From: Chthoniobacteraceae bacterium
GTDB lineage: Bacteria > Verrucomicrobiota > Verrucomicrobiia > Chthoniobacterales > Chthoniobacteraceae
Direction of reading: 5' to 3'
Assembly: GCA_031409655.1 (NCBI GenBank)
Contig: JANNXQ010000107.1
Coordinates: forward strand, 32,001 to 96,000
DNA length: 64,000 nucleotides
Positions 48,886-58,105 of the stretch are shown here, piece after piece. Made by a program: the position numbers and the translations under genes. The first letter of the stretch is position 1, and each line of letters opens with the position of its first letter. The notes under the pieces are model-generated. The model did not search any database. It was given only the letters and a program-made list of their open reading frames with translations, and was not told the DNA's origin.

Positions 48886-49848
48886 ATGACTAATACCCTC
48901 TGGCTCTGGATCGGCTTCAATGTCTTCGTCCTCCTCATGCTCGCGCTCGACCTTGGCGTCTTCCATCGGAAGGCGCATGTGGTCTCCTTTCGCGAAGCCA
49001 TCGCCTGGACGATCGCCTGGGTCACCCTGGCCATGCTCTTTAATATCGGCATTTGGTATTATGCCGGAGCGCAGAAGGCCCTGGAATTCACCACTGGCTA
49101 CGTCATCGAATACTCGCTCAGCGTGGATAACATCTTCGTCTTCGCGATGCTGTTTTCGTATTTCGCGGTGCCGCCGCTCTATCAGCACCGGGTGCTCTTC
49201 TGGGGCATCCTCGGCGCGCTGGTCCTGCGGGCTCTGATGATCGTCGCGGGCACCGTGTTGATCACGAAGTTTGCGTGGATCATCTATGTCTTCGGCGCGT
49301 TTCTGATCATCACCGGCATCAAAATGATCGTTAAGCGCGAGGAGGAGATTCACCCCGAGCGCAACCCGGTGGTGCGCTGGTTTAAGAAACTCATGCCGGT
49401 GACCAGCGACTATCGCGGCGATAAGTTCTTTGTGCGCGAAAACGGCGTGCGCATGGCCACGCCGCTCTTCGTGGTGCTCTTGCTGGTGGAAGTCTCCGAC
49501 GTGATTTTCGCGGTCGATTCCATCCCGGCGATCTTCGCGGTCACCAAGGATCCATTCATCGTCTATACGTCGAATGTCTTCGCCATCCTCGGTCTGCGCT
49601 CGCTGTATTTCGCGCTGGCGGGAGTGTTGGACAAATTCCACTACCTCAAGATCGGTCTCGGTGTCGTGCTGACCTTTGTCGGCGTGAAGATGCTGCTCGG
49701 GCACACCGCTTACAAGATCGACACGCTCGTCTCGCTCGGCGTGATCGTCGGCGTGCTTGCCGCGTCGATTATCGTGTCGCTCATGCGGCCGAAGAAAGCG
49801 GAGCTGCAGCTCGGCCACGCTCCAGATGTGACCCCTCCGCAACCCTGA
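48886..49848 (+). CDS. terC: TerC/Alx-family membrane protein, copy 1
   Basis: E.SLSVDNIFVF, QHRVLFWGILGA..R, D.IFAVDSIPAIFAVT.DPFIVYTSN.FAILGLR. Confidence 0.93.
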   Translation: MTNTLWLWIGFNVFVLLMLALDLGVFHRKAHVVSFREAIAWTIAWVTLAMLFNIGIWYYAGAQKALEFTTGYVIEYSLSVDNIFVFAMLFSYFAVPPLYQHRVLFWGILGALVLRALMIVAGTVLITKFAWIIYVFGAFLIITGIKMIVKREEEIHPERNPVVRWFKKLMPVTSDYRGDKFFVRENGVRMATPLFVVLLLVEVSDVIFAVDSIPAIFAVTKDPFIVYTSNVFAILGLRSLYFALAGVLDKFHYLKIGLGVVLTFVGVKMLLGHTAYKIDTLVSLGVIVGVLAASIIVSLMRPKKAELQLGHAPDVTPPQP

Positions 49849-49937
49849 TGCGCATTGCCCTCGCCGTCCGCGCGCTATTTTAAAGCACCGCAGATCGCGG
49901 CCAACTTAGCCATACTTCCACACTCCCATCGTAACTA

Positions 49938-50900
49938 ATGACTAATAACCTCTGGCTCTGGATCGGCTTCAACGTCTTCGTCCTCCTCATGCTCGCGCTC
50001 GACCTTGGCGTTTTCCATCGGAAGGCACACGTCGTGACTTTCAAGGAGTCGATGGCGTGGACCGTCGTCTGGGTCACGCTCGCGCTGATCTTCAACCTCG
50101 TTGTGTGGCACTACATGGGGCCGCAGAAGGGGCTCGAGTTCTTCACCGGCTACGTCATCGAGAAGTCGCTCAGCGTGGATAACGTCTTCGTCTTCGCGCT
50201 CCTCTTTACCTACTTCGCGGTGCCGGCGCTTTATCAGCACAAGGTGCTCTTCTGGGGGATCCTCGGCGCGCTGATCATGCGGGCGATCATGATCTTCCTC
50301 GGGGCGGCTCTGATCGAACGCTTCACCTGGATCATCTACATCTTCGGCGCGTTCCTCATTCTCACGGGCATCAAGATGATCGTGAAGCGCGAGGAAGAGA
50401 TTCATCCCGAGCGCAACCCGCTGGTCCGCTGGTTTAAGAAGCTGATGCCGGTGACGAACGACTATCGCGGCGACAAGTTCTTCGTGCGGGAAAACGGCGT
50501 CCGCATGGCCACCCCGCTCTTTATCGTGCTGCTGCTCGTCGAGTTCTCCGACCTGATTTTTGCGGTCGATTCGATCCCCGCGATCTTCGCGGTCACCAAG
50601 GATCCGTTCATCGTCTATACGTCGAACGTCTTCGCCATCCTCGGCCTGCGCTCGCTCTATTTCGCCCTCGCCGGAGTGATGGACAAATTCCACTACCTCA
50701 AGATCGGCCTGGGTGTCGTGCTCACCTTCGTCGGCGTGAAGATGCTGCTCGGGCACACGCCTTACAAGATCGACACCCTGGTCTCGCTCGGCGTCATCGT
50801 CACCGTGCTCGCCGCCTCGATCGTCGTGTCGCTGCTGCGACCCAAGAAAGCAGTCATGAAAATCGGCCACGCTCCGGGGACGACCCCTGAGCAACCCTGA
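49938..50900 (+). CDS. terC: TerC/Alx-family membrane protein, copy 2
   Basis: Same motifs (EKSLSVDN); same 320-aa length as copy 1. Confidence 0.93.
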   Translation: MTNNLWLWIGFNVFVLLMLALDLGVFHRKAHVVTFKESMAWTVVWVTLALIFNLVVWHYMGPQKGLEFFTGYVIEKSLSVDNVFVFALLFTYFAVPALYQHKVLFWGILGALIMRAIMIFLGAALIERFTWIIYIFGAFLILTGIKMIVKREEEIHPERNPLVRWFKKLMPVTNDYRGDKFFVRENGVRMATPLFIVLLLVEFSDLIFAVDSIPAIFAVTKDPFIVYTSNVFAILGLRSLYFALAGVMDKFHYLKIGLGVVLTFVGVKMLLGHTPYKIDTLVSLGVIVTVLAASIVVSLLRPKKAVMKIGHAPGTTPEQP

Positions 50901-52237
50901 TGAGCATCGTCCTCGTCGAGATTCTCATTGTGCTTGCGCTGTTCATTGCCAATGGGGTTTTCGCCATGAGCGAGATGGCCGTCGTGTCGTCGCGAAAGTC
51001 GCGGCTCAAGCAGATGGCTGCGGACGGCAACGCCGGTGCGACTGCCGCGCTCCGTCTGGCAGAGGCCCCGAATCGTTTCCTGCCCACCGTGCAAATTGGC
51101 ATCACGCTGATCGGCCTGCTGGCCGGTGCCTTCAGCGGCGCCACGCTGGCGGGCGAGTTGGCCGCGAGGCTGAAACCGCTGCCTGGCTTCGCGCCGTTTG
51201 CCGATGCGGTCAGCGTGGGGCTCGTCGTGGTCGCGCTTGGGTTCCTGTCGGTCATCATCGGCGAACTCGCGCCAAAGCGCATCGCGCTGGCGGCCCCGGA
51301 GAAGATTGCCAGCCGGCTCTCGCGACCGATCGAGTTAATTAGTCGCCTCGCCCAGCCAGTTGTCGAACTGTTGAGCGGCGCAACCGGCCTCCTGCTCCGC
51401 ATGTTACGGATCAAGCCTAGCCAGCCGGACGGCGTTTCCGAAGACGAAGTGCGGCTGCTTTTGCATGAAGGCCGGGAAAGTGGCGTCTTTCTTAGGGAAG
51501 AGCCGCGCATGGTCGAGTCCGTGCTCTCGTTTGACCGTCGTCCGGTCCGGGAAATCATGACGCCGCGGCCCAAGCTTGTCTTTGTAAGCCTGGCCGATAC
51601 GCAGGAAACGCTGTGGCATAAGATCGTCGTGTCCGGTCATTCGAGTTACCCGGTCTGTGCGGAGGATCGCGATCATATCGTCGGCGTGGTCACGGTGAAA
51701 TCCGTCTATGCCAACCTCGCGGCTGGCACCCCCGTTCGCGTGATCGACCTCCTGACCAATCCGCTCTTCGTCACGCCAGACGAGCCGGTGCTGGATGTCC
51801 TGAACCATTTCAAGCGCACCGGCGTGCATCTCGCCGTGGTCCGTGAAGCCGACGGTCGCTCGGTCGGACTCGTTACGCTCGTGGATGTGCTCGAAGCCAT
51901 CGTCGGCGACATTCCCTCTCTTGAAGATCGGCTGCGGCCCGAAGCCCGGCAGCGCCCGGATGGCTCCTGGTTGGTCGATGGCCAATACCTTCTCGAGAAA
52001 CTCGCCGCCCTGCTCGGCGTCGCCTTCGCATCGCCGACCTCCGATGCGGGCGCCACGCTTGCCTCGTTTGTCGGCGATCAACTTGCCAGCCATCCCCGCG
52101 AGGGCGATTGCTTCGACTGCGCCGGCCTGCATTTTGAGATCATCGATATGGACCGCACCTCCGTGGACAAGGTCCTGATCCACGCCACACCTGCGGCAGT
52201 AGCGCCTCGGACCACGGAAACCTCGGTCGCCGAATGA
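50900..52237 (+). CDS. HlyC/CorC (DUF21-CBS-CorC) transporter
   Basis: NG.FAMSEMA.VS.RK.RL, TVQIGIT, GELAPK, IMTPR, G.VT..D.LEAIVGD, DGSWLVDG. Confidence 0.9.
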   Translation: MSIVLVEILIVLALFIANGVFAMSEMAVVSSRKSRLKQMAADGNAGATAALRLAEAPNRFLPTVQIGITLIGLLAGAFSGATLAGELAARLKPLPGFAPFADAVSVGLVVVALGFLSVIIGELAPKRIALAAPEKIASRLSRPIELISRLAQPVVELLSGATGLLLRMLRIKPSQPDGVSEDEVRLLLHEGRESGVFLREEPRMVESVLSFDRRPVREIMTPRPKLVFVSLADTQETLWHKIVVSGHSSYPVCAEDRDHIVGVVTVKSVYANLAAGTPVRVIDLLTNPLFVTPDEPVLDVLNHFKRTGVHLAVVREADGRSVGLVTLVDVLEAIVGDIPSLEDRLRPEARQRPDGSWLVDGQYLLEKLAALLGVAFASPTSDAGATLASFVGDQLASHPREGDCFDCAGLHFEIIDMDRTSVDKVLIHATPAAVAPRTTETSVAE

Positions 52238-53070
52238 CGCACCTTGCACAGCGCCTCGTCGCTTCCAGGTCGTTCCGCGCATTAATCATCGCGGTGATCC
52301 TCCTCGCTGGCGTGCTCGCGGGCGTGGAAACCAGCGCCGCCATGCTCGCGCAATACGGCCCGCTCCTGCACGCGCTCGACTTGGCGGTGCTCACCATCTT
52401 CATCATCGAGATCGTGTTGAAGCTCACCGCCTGCGGCCGCCGGCCGCTCGACTACTTCCGCGATGGCTGGAACGTCTTCGACTTCACCATCGTCGCGCTC
52501 TGCATCCTGCCCGTCGGCGGACCGTTCGCCGCGGTGCTGCGCCTCGTCCGCACGCTCCGCTTGCTCCGGCTCGTCACCGCGCTGCCGAAGCTGCAGCTCC
52601 TCGTCGGCGCACTCATCAAGAGCCTGAGTTCCATGGGTTACGTCGGACTGCTCCTCGGGCTGATTTTCTACATCTATGCCGTCACCGGGGTTCACTTATT
52701 CGGGAAGGCATCCCCCGAGTATTTTGGAAGCCTCACCGCCGCCCTGCTCGCGCTCTTCCAGATGATCACCCTCGATGACTGGAGGACCATGTATGACAGC
52801 GCGCAAGCCGCCGCGCCCTTCGCCGCCACCCCTTACTTCGTCAGCTTCATCCTGCTCGGCACGATGATCATGCTGAATCTCTTCATCGGCATCGTTATGA
52901 ACTCCATGGCCGAGATGCACACCGAACTCGACGAATTGAAGGAGGCCGCCCGAGCCACTACGGAAAAGGGCAGCGTTCTCAGCGACGTGACCGCGCTCGA
53001 CCAGCAGCTCGCCGCGTTGCGCTCCCAACTCGATGCGCTCCGGGCGAAGCTTTCGCAACCTTCCTCATGA
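52234..53070 (+). CDS. Prokaryotic 6-TM voltage-gated cation channel (BacNav/Cav-like), filter TLDDW
   Basis: WNVFDF, S4 RLVRTLRLLR, P-loop FQMITLDDWRT, S6 LNLFIGIV, C-terminal coiled coil. Confidence 0.9.
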   Translation: MTHLAQRLVASRSFRALIIAVILLAGVLAGVETSAAMLAQYGPLLHALDLAVLTIFIIEIVLKLTACGRRPLDYFRDGWNVFDFTIVALCILPVGGPFAAVLRLVRTLRLLRLVTALPKLQLLVGALIKSLSSMGYVGLLLGLIFYIYAVTGVHLFGKASPEYFGSLTAALLALFQMITLDDWRTMYDSAQAAAPFAATPYFVSFILLGTMIMLNLFIGIVMNSMAEMHTELDELKEAARATTEKGSVLSDVTALDQQLAALRSQLDALRAKLSQPSS

Positions 53071-53312
53071 AAACCAAACACTGGCTTCTCGCGCTGTGGG
53101 TGCTGATCGTCTTCGCGCTCCATCAGGATGTGTGGAACTGGACCAAGTCCAGCCCGCTCCTCTTCGGCTTGCTGCCTCCGGGGCTGACTTACCACTTAGG
53201 TTACTCTGTGCTGGCCGCTTTCACCATGGCGCTGCTCGTGCGCTTTGCCTGGCCCACGCATCTCGAAGATGAAGCGCCCAACGACCAACAGCCTCCCGCG
53301 ACGAAGCCATGA
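53067..53312 (+). CDS. Small 2-TM partner of solute:sodium symporter (DUF3311-like)
   Basis: LHQDVWNW...LFG.LP.GL.YH; overlaps the symporter start. Confidence 0.75.
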   Translation: MKTKHWLLALWVLIVFALHQDVWNWTKSSPLLFGLLPPGLTYHLGYSVLAAFTMALLVRFAWPTHLEDEAPNDQQPPATKP

Positions 53313-54880
53313 TCCCCGCGATCGTCGTCTTCATCTATCTCGCGATCATCCTCTACGTGGGGATGTTTGCCTTCCGCAAGAGCACCGGCTCGAAGGAGGA
53401 TTTCTTCCTCGCGAGCCGGTCGCTCGGGCCGTGGGTTTTTCTGCTCACGGTCTTCGGCACAAACATGACGGCCTTCGCCATCCTCGGCAGCTCGGGCCTC
53501 GCATATCAGCGCGGCATCGGCGTTTACGGGCTCATGGCTTCGTCGTCCGGGCTGATTATTCCGCTCACCATTTTCCTCATCGGCACGCGGCTGTGGTCGC
53601 TCGGGAAAAAGCATGGCTATATGACGCAGGTGCAGTATTTCCGCGACCGCTGGGAGTGCGATGCCATCGGCACGCTCATCTTCGCCGTTACCGCGCTGAT
53701 GATGATCCCGTATGTCGTCATCGGCATGATGGGCGGCGGCCACACGCTCGATAGTCTCAGCGATGGATGGGTGCCCTACTGGCTTGGCGGCGCGATCGTC
53801 GCGGTTGTGGTGATGCTCTACGTTTTCTTTGGCGGCATGCGGGGCGTGGCGTGGGTGAATGCGCTCCAAACCGTGCTCTTCCTGTGCTTCGGCGCGATCG
53901 CCTTCTACCTCATCTCGCGCAACCTCGGCGGCTACGACCGGATCATGGCCGAGATCGCCGCGAACCCGAAGGACTCCACGCTGCTCACCCGCGCGCGCAT
54001 CTCGCCGCAGGAGTTCTTCAGCTACACCTTCATCCCGCTCTCCGCGATGATGTTTCCACACATGGCTATCATGTGCATGACGGCGGAAAAGGTGACGTCC
54101 TTCAAGCGCACGGTCATCTGGTATCCCATCTGCATCCTGCTCATCTGGCTGCCCAGCGTGTATCTCGGCGTCATCGCCGCGCATCAGTTCCCCGGCCTCA
54201 AGCTCGGCGAATCCGACGACGTCATCCTGCGCCTGCTCAGCGACAACACCGATGTCGTCGTAGCCGGCATTCTCGGCGCGGCGATCATGGCCTGCGTCAT
54301 GGCGACCGATTCGCAGATCATGGCGCTGAGCACCATGTTTAGTCAGGATGTCTTCGCGCACTACGGCGGCGCGAAGAAATACGGCGAGAACGTGCAGGTC
54401 TGGATGGGTCGCGCGTTTGTCATCGTCATCGCCATCGTCAGCTACGCCCTCGCGCTCGCGCTGGAGGGACAGAAATCCATCTTCGATCTCGCCATCCGCT
54501 TCGGCTTCTCCGGCTTCGCTGCACTCGCACCGGTGATGCTCGCCGCGCTCTTCTGGCGGCGGAGTAATAAATGGGGCGCCCTCGCCGCCGTGCTCTGGGT
54601 CGTCTCCTCCATGACCCTGCTCTGGTGGCTGCAACTCCACTCCAACGGTCTCGCACCCAAACCCGGCCAGCCGCCCGTGCCCATCTTCGCCGAACTCGGC
54701 AGCCTCTTCCTCCGCACGCCGATGAACGTGACCATCTTCGGCTACATGCCCGTGATGTTCATGTGCCTCGGCTCCGCGTTCTGGATGGCGCTCGTGAGCC
54801 TGCTCACACCCGCTCCTTCACGACCCACGATCGAGAAATTTTTCCCATCATCCAAACCCAAGCTTCTTCCCGCCGCATGA
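53309..54880 (+). CDS. Sodium:solute symporter (SSF)
   Basis: DFFLASRSLG, Y..FGGMRGVAW.N.LQ, A.MAT.DSQ.MALSTMF..D. Confidence 0.92.
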   Translation: MIPAIVVFIYLAIILYVGMFAFRKSTGSKEDFFLASRSLGPWVFLLTVFGTNMTAFAILGSSGLAYQRGIGVYGLMASSSGLIIPLTIFLIGTRLWSLGKKHGYMTQVQYFRDRWECDAIGTLIFAVTALMMIPYVVIGMMGGGHTLDSLSDGWVPYWLGGAIVAVVVMLYVFFGGMRGVAWVNALQTVLFLCFGAIAFYLISRNLGGYDRIMAEIAANPKDSTLLTRARISPQEFFSYTFIPLSAMMFPHMAIMCMTAEKVTSFKRTVIWYPICILLIWLPSVYLGVIAAHQFPGLKLGESDDVILRLLSDNTDVVVAGILGAAIMACVMATDSQIMALSTMFSQDVFAHYGGAKKYGENVQVWMGRAFVIVIAIVSYALALALEGQKSIFDLAIRFGFSGFAALAPVMLAALFWRRSNKWGALAAVLWVVSSMTLLWWLQLHSNGLAPKPGQPPVPIFAELGSLFLRTPMNVTIFGYMPVMFMCLGSAFWMALVSLLTPAPSRPTIEKFFPSSKPKLLPAA

Positions 54881-54952
54881 ATGGAGCGCCGCGAGTGCGG
54901 GCACCGTTTTCAAGTGCGCGAGCAAAAGTTCGTCGAGTGAGTGGTCGAGCAT
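54881..54952 (-). pseudogene. Possible 5' stub of the next prophage gene, truncated at the symporter stop
   Basis: ATG 5 bp after the upstream TAA; MLDHSLDELLLAHLKTVPALAALH then runs into the antisense of the symporter. Confidence 0.35.
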
Positions 54953-55117
54953 GGCGTTTAGTCCTCCGGCTCGACGACGAGCACGATCATCGGGAATTGC
55001 GGGTGGTCGGTGACTCGCGTGATGCGGTAGGTCACGCCCTGGAACGCCAGCGTTTCGCCGAGCTTGGGCCGATCCGCACCAAGCTCAGAGCGCAGCACCT
55101 TCATCGTGCAATCACCG

Positions 55118-55224
55118 TTGCCAGCGACTCGCCCACCCGCCCACCTCCCTATTCCCTTCCTCCTCCTCGGCCTTCCGGCGCGGCCCTTCGGGCTGCCTGC
55201 GGCAGGCTGTCTCGCTCCGCTCGG
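55118..55224 (-). mobile_element. 63-bp hairpin element E carrying a nested 44-bp R element
   Basis: Excision restores the host frame. Hairpins CTGCC-GCA-GGCAG and CCC-GAA-GGG; GCGCC-GGAA-GGCGC is re-formed when R is removed; ends GGCAA. Confidence 0.75.
55126..55169 (-). mobile_element. G-rich 44-bp element R (copy c)
   Basis: CGAGGAGGAGGAAGGGAATAGGGAGGTGGGCGGGTGGGCGAGTC, flanked GC|GC. Confidence 0.75.
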
Positions 55225-55432
55225 CTCGCATCGAATCCACCAAGGCCGAGGTCTTGGCTCAGCGGGTTATCGGACACGAGCGCGTGAAGCGTTCGCCCCT
55301 TCCAAACAATTTCCTCGCCAATGGCGGCGAGAACCTCGGCGAGCGCGGCGGCTTTTTCATCGTGAAGACTCATGCCGCTGCGCGGCTGTCAAAGGCTCCG
55401 TTTTCTGATCGCGGCGATTCGCCGCCTCCGCG

Positions 55433-56350
55433 CTATCGATTGAAGACTGGAATGGAATACGCGCGTGAAGACGTGCGGTATTCGCGGGGAGCGCTGCCGA
55501 TGTGCCGAGTGAAGCAGGCGGTGAGGTGGCTGTGGCTGGAAAAGCCGCAGTCGAGCGCGATGGTGGTGATGTCCTTTTGCGTGCTGATCAACTGGTGTTG
55601 TGCGCGACGCAGGCGCTGACGAATGATGTATTGGGCGGGCGTGCTGCCGAACGCTTTGCGGAAGGCGACGAGAATCTGGTGCGTGGTGAGGGCCGCGAGC
55701 GCCGCGAGTTCGGCCAGCGTGACGCGTCCGTCGAGACGGGCGTCGATGTGATCCCGCAGCAGGCGGATCGTGCGCGCATCGAGGCTGGGGCCACGTTCCC
55801 GTTTGCGATCCGCAACGAGTCCGTCGGGAGCAAGCGACCGCAGCAAGTGGAGGCCGATGCTTTGGCTGAGCGACTCGGCAAGCATCGCGGAGACATCGTC
55901 GCTCGAATGCGTGGCTGCGAGGAGTGCGCGCACGGCGTGGTGCAGGAAGTCATCCCGCACGCCGGCCACGGGCGCGATGTCCTGCCGCCCGTTCGTGGAG
56001 CCGCGCACGAGGTCACCCGCATCGGGTCGAAGGCGAAGCACCGCATATTCGATGGCCTGGCCGCACGCGTGGCTCGCATACCTGCGCCCGGCGGGAACCG
56101 TCCAGATTTCCCCCGGCAGGGCCGGACCGTTGCTGCCCCCGAATCCGTCGAGTTCCGTTTCGAGACGGTCCATGTGCCCGCTGAGATGGATGACGATGGA
56201 ATGCACAGGCTCGCAGATGCGCCAATCTGTAGGCCGACGAATGTCGTCGCCGCGGTGAATGACCTCGAGGCCGGGGAAACGCGTTTGCGTTTCCTCCAGC
56301 ACGACGGCGGCGGCACCATCGCCGATGCGGGTAGCGGGCTTGCGAGGCAT
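55433..56350 (-). CDS. AraC-family transcriptional regulator
   Basis: LAELA..F.KAFG.TP.QY....RL..A...L...IALDCGFSSHSHLT..F....G..P..YR. Confidence 0.9.
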   Translation of the reverse strand: MPRKPATRIGDGAAAVVLEETQTRFPGLEVIHRGDDIRRPTDWRICEPVHSIVIHLSGHMDRLETELDGFGGSNGPALPGEIWTVPAGRRYASHACGQAIEYAVLRLRPDAGDLVRGSTNGRQDIAPVAGVRDDFLHHAVRALLAATHSSDDVSAMLAESLSQSIGLHLLRSLAPDGLVADRKRERGPSLDARTIRLLRDHIDARLDGRVTLAELAALAALTTHQILVAFRKAFGSTPAQYIIRQRLRRAQHQLISTQKDITTIALDCGFSSHSHLTACFTRHIGSAPREYRTSSRAYSIPVFNR

Positions 56351-56466
56351 GGCCGGAGTGTGTGGTGCGCCATGTGCGCGGCAAGTTTGAAAGTGCGCCG
56401 GAGAAATTGAAAGCGGATCGCCGCCGCCGTCGCTAAAAGTGAATTTGAAACCCAAACAACAAACTT

Positions 56467-57240
56467 ATGAGCAAGCACAGCATCAAAGACAAAGTCGTCC
56501 TCGTCGGCGGCGGAGCCAAGAACCTCGGTGGCCTCATCAGCCGCGACCTCGCCGCGCAGGGCGCGAAAGCCGTGGTCGTCCACTACAACAGCGCTGCCAC
56601 AAAAGCGGCCGCGGATGAAACCGTCGCGGCAGTGAAGGCGCTCGGCGCGGGAGCCATCGCCGTCGCCGGAGACCTCTCGAAGCCCGCGAACAACGCGGCG
56701 CTTTTCGCCGCAGCGGTCAAGGAATTCGGCGGCGTGGACATCGCGATAAACACCACCGGCATGGTCATCAAGAAACCCATCGTGGATGTCACCGAGGATG
56801 ACTTCGACAAAATCTTCGCCGTGAATGCCAAAGCCGCATTCTTCTTTATGCAGGAGGCCGGCAGAAAGCTGAACGACGGCGGAAAAATCTGCACCATCGT
56901 GTCGTCGCTGCTCGCGGCTTACACGGACGGCTACTCGATCTATCCCGGCTCGAAGGCACCCGTGGAGCACTACACGCGTGCGGCCTCAAAGGAATTCGGC
57001 CCGCGCTGTATCTCCGTCACCGCCGTCGGCCCCGGTCCGATGGAGACGCCGTTCTTTTACGGTCAGGAAACGGATGCCTCGGCGAAATACAACCAGACCG
57101 CCGCAGCGCTCAGTCCCTTCACCAAGACGGGCCTCACCGACCCCGCCGACATCGTGACGCTCGTGCGCTACCTCGTGAGCGACGGCTGGTGGATCACCGG
57201 CCAGACCATCTTTGCCAACGGCGGCTACACGACACGATGA
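56467..57240 (+). CDS. SDR oxidoreductase
   Basis: GGAKNLGG, YPGSK, GPGPMETPFFY, WITGQTI.ANGGY. Confidence 0.92.
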   Translation: MSKHSIKDKVVLVGGGAKNLGGLISRDLAAQGAKAVVVHYNSAATKAAADETVAAVKALGAGAIAVAGDLSKPANNAALFAAAVKEFGGVDIAINTTGMVIKKPIVDVTEDDFDKIFAVNAKAAFFFMQEAGRKLNDGGKICTIVSSLLAAYTDGYSIYPGSKAPVEHYTRAASKEFGPRCISVTAVGPGPMETPFFYGQETDASAKYNQTAAALSPFTKTGLTDPADIVTLVRYLVSDGWWITGQTIFANGGYTTR

Positions 57241-57241
57241 G

Positions 57242-57514
57242 ATGCACACGCTGCTAGTCGTTGCCGGGGGCTTCCTGCTGCTCGGGCTTTGCCTGCTCGT
57301 GGCGAAACTCATGGGTGGCGCACCCGCGGCGTTCGCGCGCGCCGCGCTCGTATTCCTTCCGCTCTGGTTCGTCGGCGCCGGCGTGAACCTGTGGATTGGC
57401 GTGGCCACAGCCGGCTACACCGTGCGTGAGGAACTGCCCATCTTCGCACTGGTCTTTACGGTGCCGGCTGCGGTTGCGATGCTGGTGTGGTTCGCGTATC
57501 GCGACAGACATTGA
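57242..57514 (+). CDS. Small 3-TM membrane protein
   Basis: F.PLW....NLWIGV..AGY...EELPI...F.VP. Confidence 0.7.
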   Translation: MHTLLVVAGGFLLLGLCLLVAKLMGGAPAAFARAALVFLPLWFVGAGVNLWIGVATAGYTVREELPIFALVFTVPAAVAMLVWFAYRDRH

Positions 57515-57517
57515 TTT

Positions 57518-58105
57518 ATGGAAAAAGGACGACTCGAAGCCTTCAGCGATGGCGTCATCGCAATCATCATCACGATCATGGTGCTGGAGATGAAAGTGCC
57601 GCACGGCGCGGACTGGGCCACGCTCCAGCCGCTGCTGCCCGTCTTTCTCTGTTATGTGCTGAGCTTTCTCTACGTCGGCATCTATTGGAACAATCACCAC
57701 CATCTCCTGAAGGTCTGCCGCCGCGTGACCGGCGGAATCATGTGGGCCAACCTGCACCTGCTGTTCTGGCTCTCGCTCTTTCCATTTGTCACCGGCTGGA
57801 TGGGTGAAAATCACTTCGCCGCCAGCCCGACCGCCCTCTACGGCGCGGCGCTCTTCTGCGCCGCCATCGCTTACTACATTCTGCAGAGGCTCATCCTCAT
57901 TCACCACGGCAATAAGTCGCGGCTGGCTGAGGCGATTGGCTGCGACTGGAAAGGCAAGCTCTCCCCCGTGCTTTATCTTGCCGGTATCGGCCTGTCGTTT
58001 TGGCAGCCTGTCCTGGCGGGCGCGATTTATGTTCTCGTCGCGCTGATGTGGCTCGTGCCGGATCGCCGAATTGAACGCGCAATCGAAGGTGGCGATGAAG
58101 GATGA
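57518..58105 (+). CDS. TMEM175 (DUF1211) family K+ channel
   Basis: RLEAFSDGVIAIIITIMVLE, YW.NHH, L.PF.T. Confidence 0.9.
   Translation: MEKGRLEAFSDGVIAIIITIMVLEMKVPHGADWATLQPLLPVFLCYVLSFLYVGIYWNNHHHLLKVCRRVTGGIMWANLHLLFWLSLFPFVTGWMGENHFAASPTALYGAALFCAAIAYYILQRLILIHHGNKSRLAEAIGCDWKGKLSPVLYLAGIGLSFWQPVLAGAIYVLVALMWLVPDRRIERAIEGGDEG

Larger units (their letters stand above)
54958..55373 (-). pseudogene. Phage head-tail joining (gpFII-like) gene interrupted by a 107-bp composite insertion
   Basis: Removing 55118-55224 restores MSLHDEK...IGEEIVWKG...LGGFDASGDCTMKVLRSEL..RPKLGE.L.FQG.TYRITRV..HP..P...LVVEPED*. Family assigned from remembered resemblance. Confidence 0.7.

Noticed and set aside
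48416..49937. yybP-ykoY Mn2+ riboswitch upstream of terC
   Set aside because: Upstream gaps are short (33 and 89 bp), the second is explained by duplication scars, and no matching structure was recognised.
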